Below, piece by piece: positions 40,743 to 57,249 of a stretch of 64,000 bases of DNA. Within the stretch, counting starts at the first letter, position 1, and each line of letters starts with the position of its first letter. This DNA comes from Eledone cirrhosa. Lineage: Eukaryota. Position numbers and translations under genes: made by a program. Under the pieces are notes generated by a model. That model was not told the origin of the DNA. It did no database searches and saw only the letters and a list, made by a program, of their open reading frames with translations. Where the stretch lies: positions 12,710,001 through 12,774,000 of the forward strand of contig OZ024748.1 in assembly GCA_964016885.1 (NCBI GenBank), written 5' to 3'.

Positions 40743-41959
40743 TGTTATACTTGGAGAGGGTCATATTGTAATAATATTGCCAGAAATAATAACAGAACAC
40801 ACTCACTGTTTGGTTGGTTTTTGCTTCTGAATCTTTTATTTGGCAATCAACATTTATCATTGATTGACCAACGGTTAAAAATACAGATATAAATATATAT
40901 ATATAGTCTATCAAAGTTCTTTCGTTGCACATCTGCAACATCATCAGTGGTACTATTATGTTTTCTCTTGTTGTATTGTATGTCTACGCCATTTTTTTTT
41001 TATTTATATATATTGAAAACAAAGCAAAGTTTCACATTATTGTCTTTATTGATTATACATAGTTCCGACCGTTTCAGATATTGATGGCTCAGGATCTATT
41101 TTAATGCTATAGACCCGACTCCAGCCCGATCTGCTCATCAGACCTGATAATCAAGGATAGCCAAAATCTCATCTCTTGCTTTGTTTTAAATATATACACT
41201 CTGCTTTAGCATAGAGTACAGAATTTGGTACCCGCCGTGTATATATTTATTTATGTATGAACATAAATAAATATATACACGTTTTGCGCACTAGAGACGG
41301 TTAACGTGTGTTTTAAACAGTTTTTCTCGATGGTTCAGTCCTCACATATATGTAGCATCAAAATTTAGTATCGCCTATAGATTTATGTTTGAAATACATT
41401 TCACAAAATATGTTGCAGTGTGCCATAAATTTCTCTGAATTTATAGATATTTTGGGCAGACGAATATTTACAGCGTAATTTTCGAGGCCTTTTCTGTGTA
41501 TGATTTGCACCCCTCCGTGAAGGTCATATGTTTGTTGGGGTTCATTCAATTACCATATATAGCTGGATAGGGACGTTGCTATTCTCTCTTTCGGCGTTGC
41601 GAAAGGAGATAAGATGCTGAGTATATCTTCTTTTAAAATAGATAGCTTTGATCTAGCATCGGGCATGCATTGACAGATAGTTCTCTGTTCGGAGGACAGG
41701 TGCATGAATTGAACAGAGAACGTGTAGAGTCGGAACATGTATTGCAAATCAACCCTTGCGACTCGTGAACAATTCCACCAATACACTACCTCAGGACTTT
41801 TACATTGTTTATCGATCACAAATGGATGAAAGGAAAAGTTGACGTCGTAAGTATTCGAAATCAGAGCCCAAAGCCCTGAAACGCATTCACCATTGTAAAA
41901 ATAGAGTACGAAAAGCACTATGAATGTATGTGCGCGCGCGCGTGCGTGTGTGTGTGTGC

Positions 41960-42040
<81 letters not shown>

Positions 42041-42231
42041 TGAGTGTGTGTGCGTGTGTGAATAAGCCGGTGAAACAAGAAGTAATCAATGGGAAATATG
42101 AATAATGAAATATAGTCAGCTTACAGATATTTCTAGTAAGATATATTATAGTGTACACAATATTACACTCGCATTCAAACACACACAAAAGCACTCACAC
42201 ATACACACATAGAAACATCTACACATACATA

Positions 42232-42272
<41 letters not shown>

Positions 42273-42322
42273 CTATGAATATGTATGTTTATATATATAT
42301 GTATAAATACATATATTTATAG

Positions 42323-42422
<100 letters not shown>

Positions 42423-42460
42423 TAAAATAACAGATTAAGTCTTCAATTTTATTATTATTA

Positions 42461-42519
<59 letters not shown>

Positions 42520-42533
42520 TGCACACACACACA

Positions 42534-42564
<31 letters not shown>

Positions 42565-42845
42565 ATATGTATAAAATACTGAAATGATTACCATTATCAC
42601 GTACGGTATTTAAATAATAAAATATTTAATTATAATTTATAATAGAATGTATCAAGTAAAATAATTCGTCTAAATATAATTGAATGAGTTAAGTTAATCT
42701 GTATGTAGTCGCTAAAGAGTTATCTAAACCTAGTTCAGTCCAGCTCAAGCAGTTATATAATTGCGGACATTCACATCAGTATATACATATATATATATGT
42801 GTGTGTGTATATATATATATGTGCGTGTGTGTGTGTATATATATA

Positions 42846-42992
<147 letters not shown>

Positions 42993-42993
42993 G

Positions 42994-43173
<180 letters not shown>

Positions 43174-43427
43174 AATATATATATGAATATATAAACTTAC
43201 ATATAGATATGTATACATGTATATATAGATATAGATATAGAAAGAGAGAGAAAGAGGGAGTTTGAGTGTATAAGAAAGGGCACACACACATATGCTGTGG
43301 TAGGGAAACAGGGAGAAGTAAATGATTTATTAGAACGGGTTAGCAAATTTCAATGCAACGTATAGATGCCACAGTAGTAGTCACAACACAAACAATATAT
43401 AATGGAATACACACACACACAACGCAA

Positions 43428-43618
<191 letters not shown>

Positions 43619-43709
43619 CACATATACATGTATATATATATGTAAACTTACACCCAGAACTCAACCCGCGTCAACAAATAATAAAAATACATACATACAC
43701 ACATACATA

Positions 43710-43772
<63 letters not shown>

Positions 43773-43803
43773 TAAATATGTATAAGTGTATAAATATGTA
43801 TAT

Positions 43804-43835
<32 letters not shown>

Positions 43836-43922
43836 GTTAGGGAAGTATAAAACCGTACGTTTTATACTATATATATATATATATATATATATATGAATAA
43901 ATATATATATATGTATAAATAA

Positions 43923-44059
<137 letters not shown>

Positions 44060-44519
44060 CATATATATATATATATATATATGATCACTTGTATGAATAT
44101 AAGTGTATATATATGTATATATAAATAGGCACATTTACATGAATTTAAATATATTTATATACACCAGAATACGTAGTGTATATTCATATAGAAAGGGTGA
44201 GGTATTTTTATCCGATAAGTTAGGATCGATATTTCATAATCTTTAGTAAATCAATTGATTTTACTTTTTTGATCGAATAGTAATCTTCCAGGTGAAATAT
44301 TTTTGAAGAAAAGTTCCAGAAGTTTCGTATATGTATCTTCATTAAAATATTTTGTATAGAAATGTGCCCAGGATATTTTTTATAAAGTATGATAAATTTT
44401 AATATACACGCACGTACATATCTACAAGCACACACATTTTAATATTTTATGTAAGTATATATATATTTATGTTTATATATATATATTTATGTTTATATCT
44501 ATCTACGCTGGAATAGATG

Positions 44520-44603
<84 letters not shown>

Positions 44604-44607
44604 CATT

Positions 44608-44640
<33 letters not shown>

Positions 44641-44709
44641 GTACATATATATAATATATATATGTATATATATGTATATATATATATATATTATATGTAT
44701 ATATATATG

Positions 44710-44753
<44 letters not shown>

Positions 44754-44861
44754 AGCATAAATATATATATATGAATTATACATATGTATACTAATATAAA
44801 TATATATGTATATTATATATACATATGTATATTAATAAAAATACATATGTATATATATATC

Positions 44862-44899
<38 letters not shown>

Positions 44900-44970
44900 T
44901 ATATATAAATATGATATAGCGTACATGTTTCTGTGTATAAATATAGAATATATATGTACATACGCACATG

Positions 44971-45020
<50 letters not shown>

Positions 45021-45041
45021 CACACACACGCACACATATAC

Positions 45042-45118
<77 letters not shown>

Positions 45119-45369
45119 TATATAAATATATACATATATAAATATAAATATGTGTATAATCTATATTTTGGTCTATTGTGATGACTATAATGATTTTGTA
45201 AACTGTACTTACTTTATCGACCCGTATATTTCGGACCATCAGTTAACACAAACGACCATCCCGTGGATACATTGATAATCTCAAAGAGACACACACTTTT
45301 AGAAACAGGTTGGCATCGAAACACAGACGCAGACACACAGCTAGCATATGTATTTATGTATATATATAT

Positions 45370-45808
45370 AATTGTTTCTACTTTTGGCACAAGGCCAGCA
45401 ATTATTCCAGTGCATAACTGGTACTTTATTTTATCGACCCCGTAAGGATGAAAGGCAAAGTTAACCTCGGCGGGATTTGAACTCAGAATAGCAAGGGCCG
45501 TAACTCTATGCGTCAAAGCATGGCGTCCGACCCTCTACTGATACTGCCAATCCACCATATATATATAATATGAGAATATATATATATGTATATATTTATG
45601 TATATATATATTTATATATATATATGTAAGTATATATTGATAAATATATATGTATATATATATATATAATTGTTTCTACTTTTGGCACCAGGCCAGCAAT
45701 TATCCCAGTGCATTACTGGTACTTTATTTTATCGACCCCGTAAGGATGAAAGGCAAAGTTAACCTCGGCGGGATTTGAACTCAGATCATAAAGGGAGGTA
45801 ACTCTATA
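45370..45808 (-). mobile_element. two SINE-A copies (45370-45557, 45668-45808)
   Basis: Match to the 339-531 element. Confidence 0.85.
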
Positions 45809-45839
45809 CTTCAATATGTATTATATATACATATATAAG

Positions 45840-45917
<78 letters not shown>

Positions 45918-46358
45918 CATATGTATGAATATAAATATATTTTAACATAACATAATATAATATAATATATATATATATATATATATAGATATACATATAT
46001 ATATATATATATTCACACACACATATATACATATATATGTATATGTGTGTATATATGTGTGTATATATATATATATATCCATATATATATATACATATAT
46101 ACATATGACTATATAATACATGTGTTAAGTATAATAAATGTATGTATAATGATTACTAATATATCTCAAATGAGTATATATATACATATATATAGTATAC
46201 AAATATATTTAAATGCACAATTATATGCCTATACATGCTTACATATCTCACATATACGTACCTCTCTTTCTCTCCCTATATATATATATATATATATATA
46301 TAAGTATATTACACACATATATATATATATATATATAAGTATATATATATATATATAA

Positions 46359-46407
<49 letters not shown>

Positions 46408-46553
46408 TAAGTATATATACACGACGCCCACACGTATGTGAGTATATATATCTGCTTTCATGCACACACACACTCATATACAATGTGTCCCCCAAACTTT
46501 GATTACCTGTACAGGTAATATTTATTAGAATGGCGTGTAGATTTTTTTCGACA

Positions 46554-46759
<206 letters not shown>

Positions 46760-46913
46760 GTATATATATACAAAGCTACAGATATAATGTCTATTAGAAA
46801 TACCATATGCAGGTTTATACACCCGCACAGATCGTATAGGACATATGTCGCCTATATACATCTCATATTTCGAATAATGCAATATATTACATCCGCATTT
46901 ATACATACATACT

Positions 46914-46967
<54 letters not shown>

Positions 46968-47160
46968 CATTATTTTTCATACACATAACTCTGATTCAAA
47001 CTCACACACACACATACACTCACACACACACACTCACACACACACACACACATCCACACACACACACACACACACACACAACACACGGATGTGTATATAT
47101 ATGTATATATATATACATAAATATATTTATACATATTTATATCGATATACATTTATATGA

Positions 47161-47234
<74 letters not shown>

Positions 47235-47456
47235 GTATATATTCCTATAAATGTATATCTATATAAATATATATATAAACATATATAAATATATATATAT
47301 GTGTATATATATGTACACACATACATATATACACCTATTTTACCAACATCTGTACAAACACTGACATATGTATATGTATATGTATATGTATATATATATA
47401 TATGTATATATATTTTGTATATTTATATATTATATATTACACATATATTAATTTTA

Positions 47457-47507
<51 letters not shown>

Positions 47508-47651
47508 CATATATATAAATACACATGTATACACACACACACACACATCCATATATATATATATATACACACACAACACACGGATGTGTAAATATATATA
47601 TATATACATAAATATATTTATATATATTTATATTGATATACATTTATATGA

Positions 47652-47761
<110 letters not shown>

Positions 47762-48160
47762 AGAAACTGGAAACGAAGCAGCACAATCTGGTAACCACAT
47801 ATCTACCAATCTTATAGCATGACCACATTTTGAACCTTTTAGTTGCACTCTGCTATTATTTGCCTTGTTTTACCGTTTCCACCCACTCCCGCACTGTCGT
47901 CTGCTATTAATACAGCCCCCAACCACCAAAGCTCCCCCTCTCCCGACCTTTCATACACAACCATTCTTTCCTTCCTTCCTTCCAGCCAATTGTTTTGCTA
48001 TATTTTTCCTTCAACCGTTTTTCTGCTCCGTGTTCTCTTACTGGTTCTTTCCATCCCAGTCCCCCCCTTCACCTTCTCTTCTTCGTTCTGTCTTCAGCTT
48101 TTGCACCTCTCCTACCCTCCTCACTCCTCTATTACTCACCACTTCACTGCATCCGGTTTA

Positions 48161-48225
<65 letters not shown>

Positions 48226-48384
48226 ATCTATCTATCTATCTTATCTATCTCATCTATCTATCTTATCTATCTTATCTATCTTATCTATCTATCTTATCTA
48301 TCTATCTATCTTATCTATCTTATCTCTCTATCTATCTTATCTATCTCATCTATCTATCTTATCTATCTATCTCATCTATCTATC

Positions 48385-48433
<49 letters not shown>

Positions 48434-48475
48434 CTATCTATCTATCTATCTATCTTATCTATCTATCTATCTATC

Positions 48476-48547
<72 letters not shown>

Positions 48548-48578
48548 TTATCTATCTTATCTATCTATCTATCTATCT
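48161..48578. repeat. (ATCT)n microsatellite
   Basis: Visible. Confidence 0.95.
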
Positions 48579-48989
48579 GTCTTCACAAATGCAATTTAAA
48601 AAATTAGTCGATTTTCCCCAATAGGGGAGACAGTTTATATGGGTAACACATACCCCCGAAAAAATGTGAAACCTTTGTATTTGTCCCCTTCTTTTGTGCC
48701 CCTGTGGCTAATAAAGAAACATATCTATCTATGTATCTGTCTGTCTGTCTATCTACCTAAATATTTATCTATCTGAATATCTATTTTGCAATCTATCTAA
48801 GATATCTATCTATCCCTCTATCCATATACCCCCCTCACCCCTCTCTCTATCTATCTATCTATCTATCTATCTATATATCTGTCCGCCTGTCAGTCGGTCT
48901 ATCTATCTATCAAACTGACTATCTATCGATCTTCCAATCAATCACTTTATATATGTATGTATTTAAGTATCTATCTATCTATCTATCCA

Positions 48990-49462
48990 TCTTCTGTTGT
49001 ATGGTGGACGCGTCTGAAAGGACTGAGGTCAGACACCTTTCTCTCTGGCCAACAACTGGTCCGTTTCTTCCGATATCATTTCGGAAGAAGGATCGGGATG
49101 GAGAGAGAGGTGCTGCACCCCAGCCGTTTCTATGAAAGATGGGTGAAAGTGGCGAGAATGACCCGTGTGAATGGCCCTTCACTCTACATCAGACTATAGG
49201 TGAGGAAGATGAAAGACCAAGGGAGCACCCCTTCTCTGTGCTCCTGAGGAGAAGGGTTGCACACTTTTTTTCGGGGGTGTGTGCGACCCCCCAAGGCGCC
49301 TCCTCTCTATTGAGGACTTTGTTATAAATTTTATTTTTTGTTATATTTTATTTTATTTTTATATATTGTTATTGCCTCCTCCTTATTGAGGACGCCTTGT
49401 TTTGTAAACTCCCCCATTGTACTTGTCCCATTTTTGATGCCCTGGTGGTAAATAAAAGAAAC
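48990..49462 (+). mobile_element. 5'-truncated Tx1/L1-like LINE: ORF2 C-terminus plus 3' UTR
   Basis: VVWWTRLKGL..LVRFFRYHFGRRIGMERE..FYERWV..* then a UTR ending AATAAAAGAAACAT(ATCT)n. (ATCT)n also lies upstream. Confidence 0.55.
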
Positions 49463-49533
49463 ATATCTATCTATCGGTCTATCTACCAATCTATCCCTAT
49501 CTATCTATCTATATCCATCTATCTATCTACCAT

Positions 49534-49622
<89 letters not shown>

Positions 49623-50004
49623 AATGTAGGTTTTATACATTTATATATGAATCTATTACATTTATATATATTAAATTGCATATGAAAAATTTAATTCCCG
49701 TTATACGTATTACGCTCAACCGCGCAAGCACACACCTACCCACACTCATGCAAATACATACATACATACATACATACATACATACATACATACATACATA
49801 CACACATACATACATACATACATATGTGTGTGTTTGGTTATGTCTGTCTGTGTGTGTCTCTGTGTGTGCTTGGTTATGTCTGTCTATGTGTCTGTGTGTG
49901 AGTATATTTGAATGAAAAAAAAAAAAATGGATATTTTCTGAAATATGTTTCATACTATATAATGTTATATAGTGTATGTATAATTGAATATGTCGAGTAG
50001 AACT

Positions 50005-50092
<88 letters not shown>

Positions 50093-50138
50093 CAAATATA
50101 ATCTACTTCCATATCTATATCAATATCTATCTATTAAT

Positions 50139-50299
<161 letters not shown>

Positions 50300-50424
50300 T
50301 ATATATATATATATATCATATATACATATATATAACATATATTCATATATATATATATTATTTATGGATATATATATATGATATATATATATATATACAC
50401 ATATATATATATATGATATATATA

Positions 50425-50518
<94 letters not shown>

Positions 50519-50551
50519 ATATACATTTATATATATGTATATGCATGTATA

Positions 50552-50627
<76 letters not shown>

Positions 50628-50816
50628 TATACATGTATATACATATATATAAATATATATAAATGTATATATACATGTATATATATATATATATACACAT
50701 GCATATATATATATATATATATCATATATATATCATATATATATATGTGTGTATATATATATATATATCATATATATATATATCCATAAATAATATATAT
50801 ATATGAATATATGATA

Positions 50817-50919
<103 letters not shown>

Positions 50920-51267
50920 TTATATACACACATATATGTATATGTATATATATATATTCATGCTCCAAACATCCAAACACTCTGTGACAACGGAAGGAAA
51001 CGACAAGGAATGGAAAGTTTGTGAAAGAAAATTCGCAGAAATGCACAATTTCTTTCTTATTATTTTCTCGCTTTTCTTTGGCTCATCTTTGTGTTTTCAT
51101 TCAAGATGTGCGCATGCGCACTCTCGTCCTTCATGTTTACATTAAGATAAATGCTATCCATTAGCAGAGGGGCTATTTTGCCGGTGAAATATGTACGGAT
51201 CAATAGTATAGAGCTTTATAGATGAACATCGAAAACCAGTTCGTTCATATGAGGCATTATACGCACG

Positions 51268-51298
<31 letters not shown>

Positions 51299-51362
51299 TA
51301 TGTACATTTGTACATACATACACACGTACACGCATACGTAGAAATCCACTTTCTCTATGCAT

Positions 51363-51468
<106 letters not shown>

Positions 51469-51576
51469 AAGCTATATAAATTATAAAGACCATATGCATA
51501 TATAACATTATATATATATTTGTATATATATATGGATACATATATATGCATATTCATATGTATTTCTATATGCAAG

Positions 51577-51639
<63 letters not shown>

Positions 51640-51707
51640 CACACACGCACATGCACACATACACACACACATATATATTTATATATTTTAATATATGTAT
51701 ATATATA

Positions 51708-51790
<83 letters not shown>

Positions 51791-51802
51791 TATATATATA
51801 TG

Positions 51803-51835
<33 letters not shown>

Positions 51836-51863
51836 GAATATATATATATATATGTATATATGA

Positions 51864-51901
<38 letters not shown>

Positions 51902-52110
51902 ATACATACATACATACATTCATACATACATTCATATATACATATGTGCATATATACCTGTTAATAGTCATTCTCTGTGGATAGTACAATATGCCTATAG
52001 TGACTTTTTCGCATTAAGCTTGCAGGTATATATTGAAATTTGAAATATCTGGCATTTTATAGCCTATATAGGCACCCCTACCCCACCGACACAATCACAT
52101 ATATCTATGT

Positions 52111-52147
<37 letters not shown>

Positions 52148-52347
52148 TGAGTGTGTGTGTATGTGTTAGACTGTGAGGAATTTTACCGTCAATTCATTGA
52201 ATAAAAATCATATATCCGATATATTCTTTTTTCTCTTTGCCATGGTATACACTCACATACACGGGCATACACACATACACTCATACACAGACACAAACAT
52301 TCATACACACACACACACATCTATCTATCCGTTTCTCTCTCCCCCCC

Positions 52348-52393
<46 letters not shown>

Positions 52394-52875
52394 TTATCAA
52401 AACTGATAAATACAAATAAATAATATGTTTTATTTTCCTTATTCAGTCTTTAAATTTTCCTTAATATCTCTCCGAGAAAACCGATCTAAATAAAGAAAGA
52501 TATAAATGATTTGAACGAAGTTTTATGATATTCGATTTTAACAACTTCTATCAACATATGAAACAAACAAATAAAGCAACAAAAAAAACGAAACAAAACA
52601 ATATTAAAATATTGTTATTTAATTTTTAAACATTTAAAAACCTTTCGTGTTTTTCTTTTAACACTTTTTTTCCTTCTCGTCTTAGTTTCGTGATCCTATT
52701 AATGGTGATTGCATTTTCTACTTCTGTTCTGACTTGCATCACAGTCTCTCTTCATTAAGATCTGCATCCATTACCACCCACTTTTCATGTTAAATAATTC
52801 TAAATCTAGCATCGATTTCCATAATTGCGAATTCTTTCGTTTTTCATCTCAACGTCAGCTCTTCTTTCTTGGCCA

Positions 52876-53372
52876 GTCATCTTTCTCTTCATTTACACGT
52901 TGTCCTAGTACACACACAACGGCGTGTCATCTTTCTCTTCATTTACACGTTGTCCTAGTACATACACAATGGCGTGTCATCTTTCTCTTCATTTACACGT
53001 TGTCCTAGTACACACACAACGGCGTGTCATCTTTCTCTTCATTTACACGTTGTCCTAGTACATACACAATGGCGTGTCATCTTTCTCTTCATTTACACGT
53101 TGTCCTAGTACACACACAACGGCGTGTCATCTTTCTCTTCATTTACACATTGTCCTAGTACACACACAATGGCGTGTCATCTTTCTATTCATTTACACGT
53201 TACCCTAGTACACACACACAATGGCGAGGGATCACCCTCTTCATTTACACGACGCCCCAGTACATACATACATTGGCGAGTGACCATCTTCTTCCTTTAC
53301 ACGATACCCTAGTACAGACACACACACATCGGTGAGTGACCATCCTCTTTATTTACACATTGGCCAGTCATC
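52876..53372. repeat. 50-bp minisatellite, ~9-10 copies
   Basis: Unit GTCATCTTTCTCTTCATTTACACGTTGTCCTAGTACACACACAACGGCGT. Decays to the right. Confidence 0.95.
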
Positions 53373-53419
53373 CTCCTCTTGCTATAACTTTCAAGGCTAT
53401 CCATTCCTCATATCTAGAT

Positions 53420-53685
53420 TTATGTCTTCGAAGAAATTCTCTGCAAGGCTTTTGATGAAAGACGTAAGACGTTTAGGGACCATGCCAAGCGTCGCAATGA
53501 CGATTGACACGACTTATGTCTCCATATACTGCTCAGTTCTAATAGCACCTGCAAGGTCTACATACCTGATTCAAGGGGATTCAACGGGATTCAAGGATTC
53601 AAGGGGAGTATGTTCCTAACACTGACATGGCGTTTCAATGTTGTATCTTTTGCCCAACTCCCAATGGACTCTTTTTGCTATAAGA
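53420..53685 (-). mobile_element. decayed, internally deleted R4/Dong-type RLE fragment
   Basis: Minus-strand remnants AKRVHWELGKRYNI and RYVDLAGAIR..*VVSIVIATLGMVPKRL. Confidence 0.55.
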
Positions 53686-53703
53686 TCATATAATAATAAA
53701 AAT

Positions 53704-53913
53704 AATGGTTTCTGATTTAGGCATAAGGCCAACAATGTTTGGGGAAGAGAAAAATCGATTAAATCGACCCCAGTGCGTTACTGGTACTTTATTTTATCGA
53801 TCCCGTAAGGATGAAAGGCAAAGCAAAACTCCGCGGGATTTGAACTCAGACCGCAAAGGGCCATAACTCTATGCTGCGAAGCATGGTGCCCGACGTTCTA
53901 CCGATTCCGCCAA
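53704..53913 (-). mobile_element. SINE-A, longer subfamily
   Basis: Match to 12995-13213. Confidence 0.85.
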
Positions 53914-54279
53914 TACAATAATAATAATAATAATAATAGTAAAACCTGTTGTGATCCGCCTGGTTTTGGATCAAATTTTGTAACATGTTTCAAATACATC
54001 TGAATAAAAAAAGAGATTCATATTACATAATAAGCTAACATCTATATATTTACTAAGGCATGGTACCTCAATGGTAACTGAAGTAAATAGAGATTCAATG
54101 ACATGTTGCTAATAACACTATGACTGATCATAAACGAAAGGAGTGTTATAGTTTATGTGGGTCATAAACAGACGTAATTGATGTTATAAAGGTGTGAAAC
54201 AAAAATTCCATAACTTGAATTTGGTTTTTCACTCCGCATAATATTTTACATTATACCCGTCCGTATGCATATATATATG

Positions 54280-54356
<77 letters not shown>

Positions 54357-54358
<2 letters not shown>

Positions 54359-54525
54359 AAAGAGGGTGTGGTAAGATTCCAGGTAGACCATACCGCACCA
54401 GAGTCCTCGATACTTGGGGTAGTAGAGTGGGTAATATGAAAAGATTCAGGATCCCGACGGCAGAGCTCCGGCCGTTTAGATAGCTATATCCGACTGGAGC
54501 TCAGCCGTCGGGGTCCTGAATCTTT
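54357..54525. mobile_element. fold-back pair, family A
   Basis: AAAGATTCAGGA..CCGACGGC / GCCGTCGGGGTCCTGAATCTTT. Confidence 0.65.
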
Positions 54526-54576
54526 TTATATAAATAAATAAATAAATAAATAAATATATATATATATATATATATT

Positions 54577-54620
<44 letters not shown>

Positions 54621-54623
<3 letters not shown>

Positions 54624-54720
54624 GGTGTCCCCAAAATATGTATACACACTTCAACAGCACTCTTATAAATATTGCCTGCACATGTAGTCAAAGTGTGTAT
54701 ACATTGTTTTGGACACTCTG
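54621..54720. mobile_element. Tc1/mariner-type MITE
   Basis: Imperfect ~31-bp TIRs CATGGTGTCC..ATGTATACACACTT / AAGTGTGTATACAT..GGACACTCTG in TA context. Confidence 0.55.
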
Positions 54721-54740
54721 TGTATATATATATATAGCTT

Positions 54741-54791
<51 letters not shown>

Positions 54792-54876
54792 AGCTATCGC
54801 CGTATTTTGACTAAAGAAATTATTTAGCCTGATAGTGGGGTTAAGAACCCTCGGAGAAATGGAAAAAGATGAGTAT

Positions 54877-54948
54877 TGACGTACATGGGAGTCGTACCCA
54901 CATCTTTGGTTAATCAGACCACCATGCTACCATTTACACCAACACATC
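54877..54948 (-). tRNA. tRNA-like cloverleaf, anticodon GAU (Ile); possibly a pseudogene or SINE head
   Basis: 72 nt. Acceptor GAUGUGU/GUACGUC, A-box UGGUGUAAAUGG, anticodon loop CUGAUUA, T arm GUGGG/CCCAU with loop UACGACU, and T5 about 10 nt downstream. Confidence 0.45.
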
Positions 54949-55015
54949 ACCCTTCTTTTTCCATTCAAATTAGAAGTTAGAATCTTAGCAACTGTAATGT
55001 CAAGTAAGCATATTC

Positions 55016-55095
55016 TAGAATCAGCGAGCGAGTTTGAAATTATTATAAATGTAAGCTTACATTTATAATAATTTCAAACTCGCTCGCTGATTCTA
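55016..55095. repeat. perfect 80-bp palindrome
   Basis: Centred on AAG|CTT at 55055/55056. Imperfect extension to 55001-55110. Confidence 0.9.
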
Positions 55096-55108
55096 AAATA
55101 TACTTACT

Positions 55109-55156
<48 letters not shown>

Positions 55157-55159
<3 letters not shown>

Positions 55160-55382
55160 AAAAAGTATGACCCCGACGGCAGAGCTGAAGCCGTTCGACG
55201 GCTATTTCTGGCTATTCGACGGCTATTTCGACGGCTATTTCTGAGTCCAGAAATACTCATCGAAACGGCTTGAGCTCTGCCATGGGGGTCATACTTTTTC
55301 TTATTTCCCACTCTACTACCCTAAGTATTGAGTACTCTGGTCCGTTATGGTCCATCTGGTTCCTTACCACAATTCCTTTGTT
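55157..55382. mobile_element. fold-back pair, family A, with a stuttered centre
   Basis: TTCGACGGCTATTT repeated three times at the junction. Confidence 0.65.
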
Positions 55383-55519
55383 ATATATATATATATATAT
55401 GACTCTACATTATGTATTGAGCCCTTTGTTCGAAAATTATATATATAACAGAATGATATAAATACTAATGCATAAGAAGTCCAAAAATATCCCCCAAACA
55501 AAAGAAAATGAGAGTATAT

Positions 55520-55737
55520 AGCAACAACTACAACATCAACAACATCACCAATGTAAACAGCAACAATACCAACAACAATATCACTAACGACAACAGCACC
55601 AATAACACCAGAAGCACTAACACCAATAACAACACCATCAACAATATCAACAGAATCATCTTCAACAACAACAACAACAACAACAACCATAACAACTAAA
55701 TCAATATAACGTCAACAACAACAACAACAATAACAAT

Positions 55738-55769
<32 letters not shown>

Positions 55770-55841
55770 GAACAGTAACTCCAGCAATAACAACAACAGC
55801 AACAACAACATCGCTAGAATAACAACTACAACAACACAAGG

Positions 55842-55887
<46 letters not shown>

Positions 55888-56009
55888 GCAACAACAACAT
55901 CGCTACAATAACAACTACAACAACACCAGGAACAACATCAACAACAACAACAGCAACAACAACATCGCTAGAATAACAACTACAACAACACCAGGAACAA
56001 CATCAACAA

Positions 56010-56050
<41 letters not shown>

Positions 56051-56092
56051 GCAACAACAACATCGCTACAATAACAACTACAACAACACAAG

Positions 56093-56124
<32 letters not shown>

Positions 56125-56196
56125 TCAACAACAACAACAGCAACAACAACATCGCTACAATAACAACTACAACAACACCAGGAACAACATCAACAA

Positions 56197-56234
<38 letters not shown>

Positions 56235-56366
56235 GCAACAACAACATCGCTACAATAACAACTACAACAACACAAGGAACAACAACAACAACAACAACAA
56301 CAACAGCAACAACAACAACAACAGCAACAACAACATCGCTACAATAACAACTACAACAACACAAGG

Positions 56367-56412
<46 letters not shown>

Positions 56413-56811
56413 GCAACAACAACATCAACAACAACAATAATATCGCTACAATAACAACCACAATAACAGCAGGAACAACAACAACAATGATACCACTACT
56501 ACAACAACAACAACAACAATGATACCACTACTATAACAACAACAACAACAATGATACCACTACTACAACAACAACAACAACAATGATACCACTACTACAA
56601 CAACAACAACAACAATGATACCACTACTATAACAACAACAACAACAATGATACCACTACTATAACAACAACAACAACAATGATACCACTACTATAACAAC
56701 AACAACAACAATGATACCACTACTACAACAACAACAACAATAACTGTATATAGAAGAAAAAACAAAACAAAAAAAAAGCAAAGAAAAGAAAAAGAAACCG
56801 ATAGTTATGGC

Positions 56812-56842
<31 letters not shown>

Positions 56843-57218
56843 GCAACAATCACAGCAGCAGCAGCAGCAACAACGACAACAGCAGCCACAACAACAGCAA
56901 CAACAACAACAGCAACAACCAACAGCATGTAAACAACCCATAAGAACGGCAAGATCAAAGGCAGCGTTTAAACTATGAAAACCACAACAACTATCATCAT
57001 CATCATCATCAACATCATCACAATCATCATCATCATCATCACCATCGTCATCGTCAACATCATCATCACAATCATCATCATCATCATCATCATCAACATC
57101 ATCACAATCATCATCACAATCATCATCATCATCATCATCATCATCAACATCATCACAATCATCATCATCATCATCATCATCAACATCATCATCATCATCA
57201 TCACAATCATCATCATCG

Positions 57219-57249
<31 letters not shown>

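Noticed and set aside
41554-41684. Possible - strand exon RTICQCMPDARSKLSILKED...
   Set aside because: Plausible AG and GT boundaries, but no recognisable protein and no partner exon. Too weak to call.
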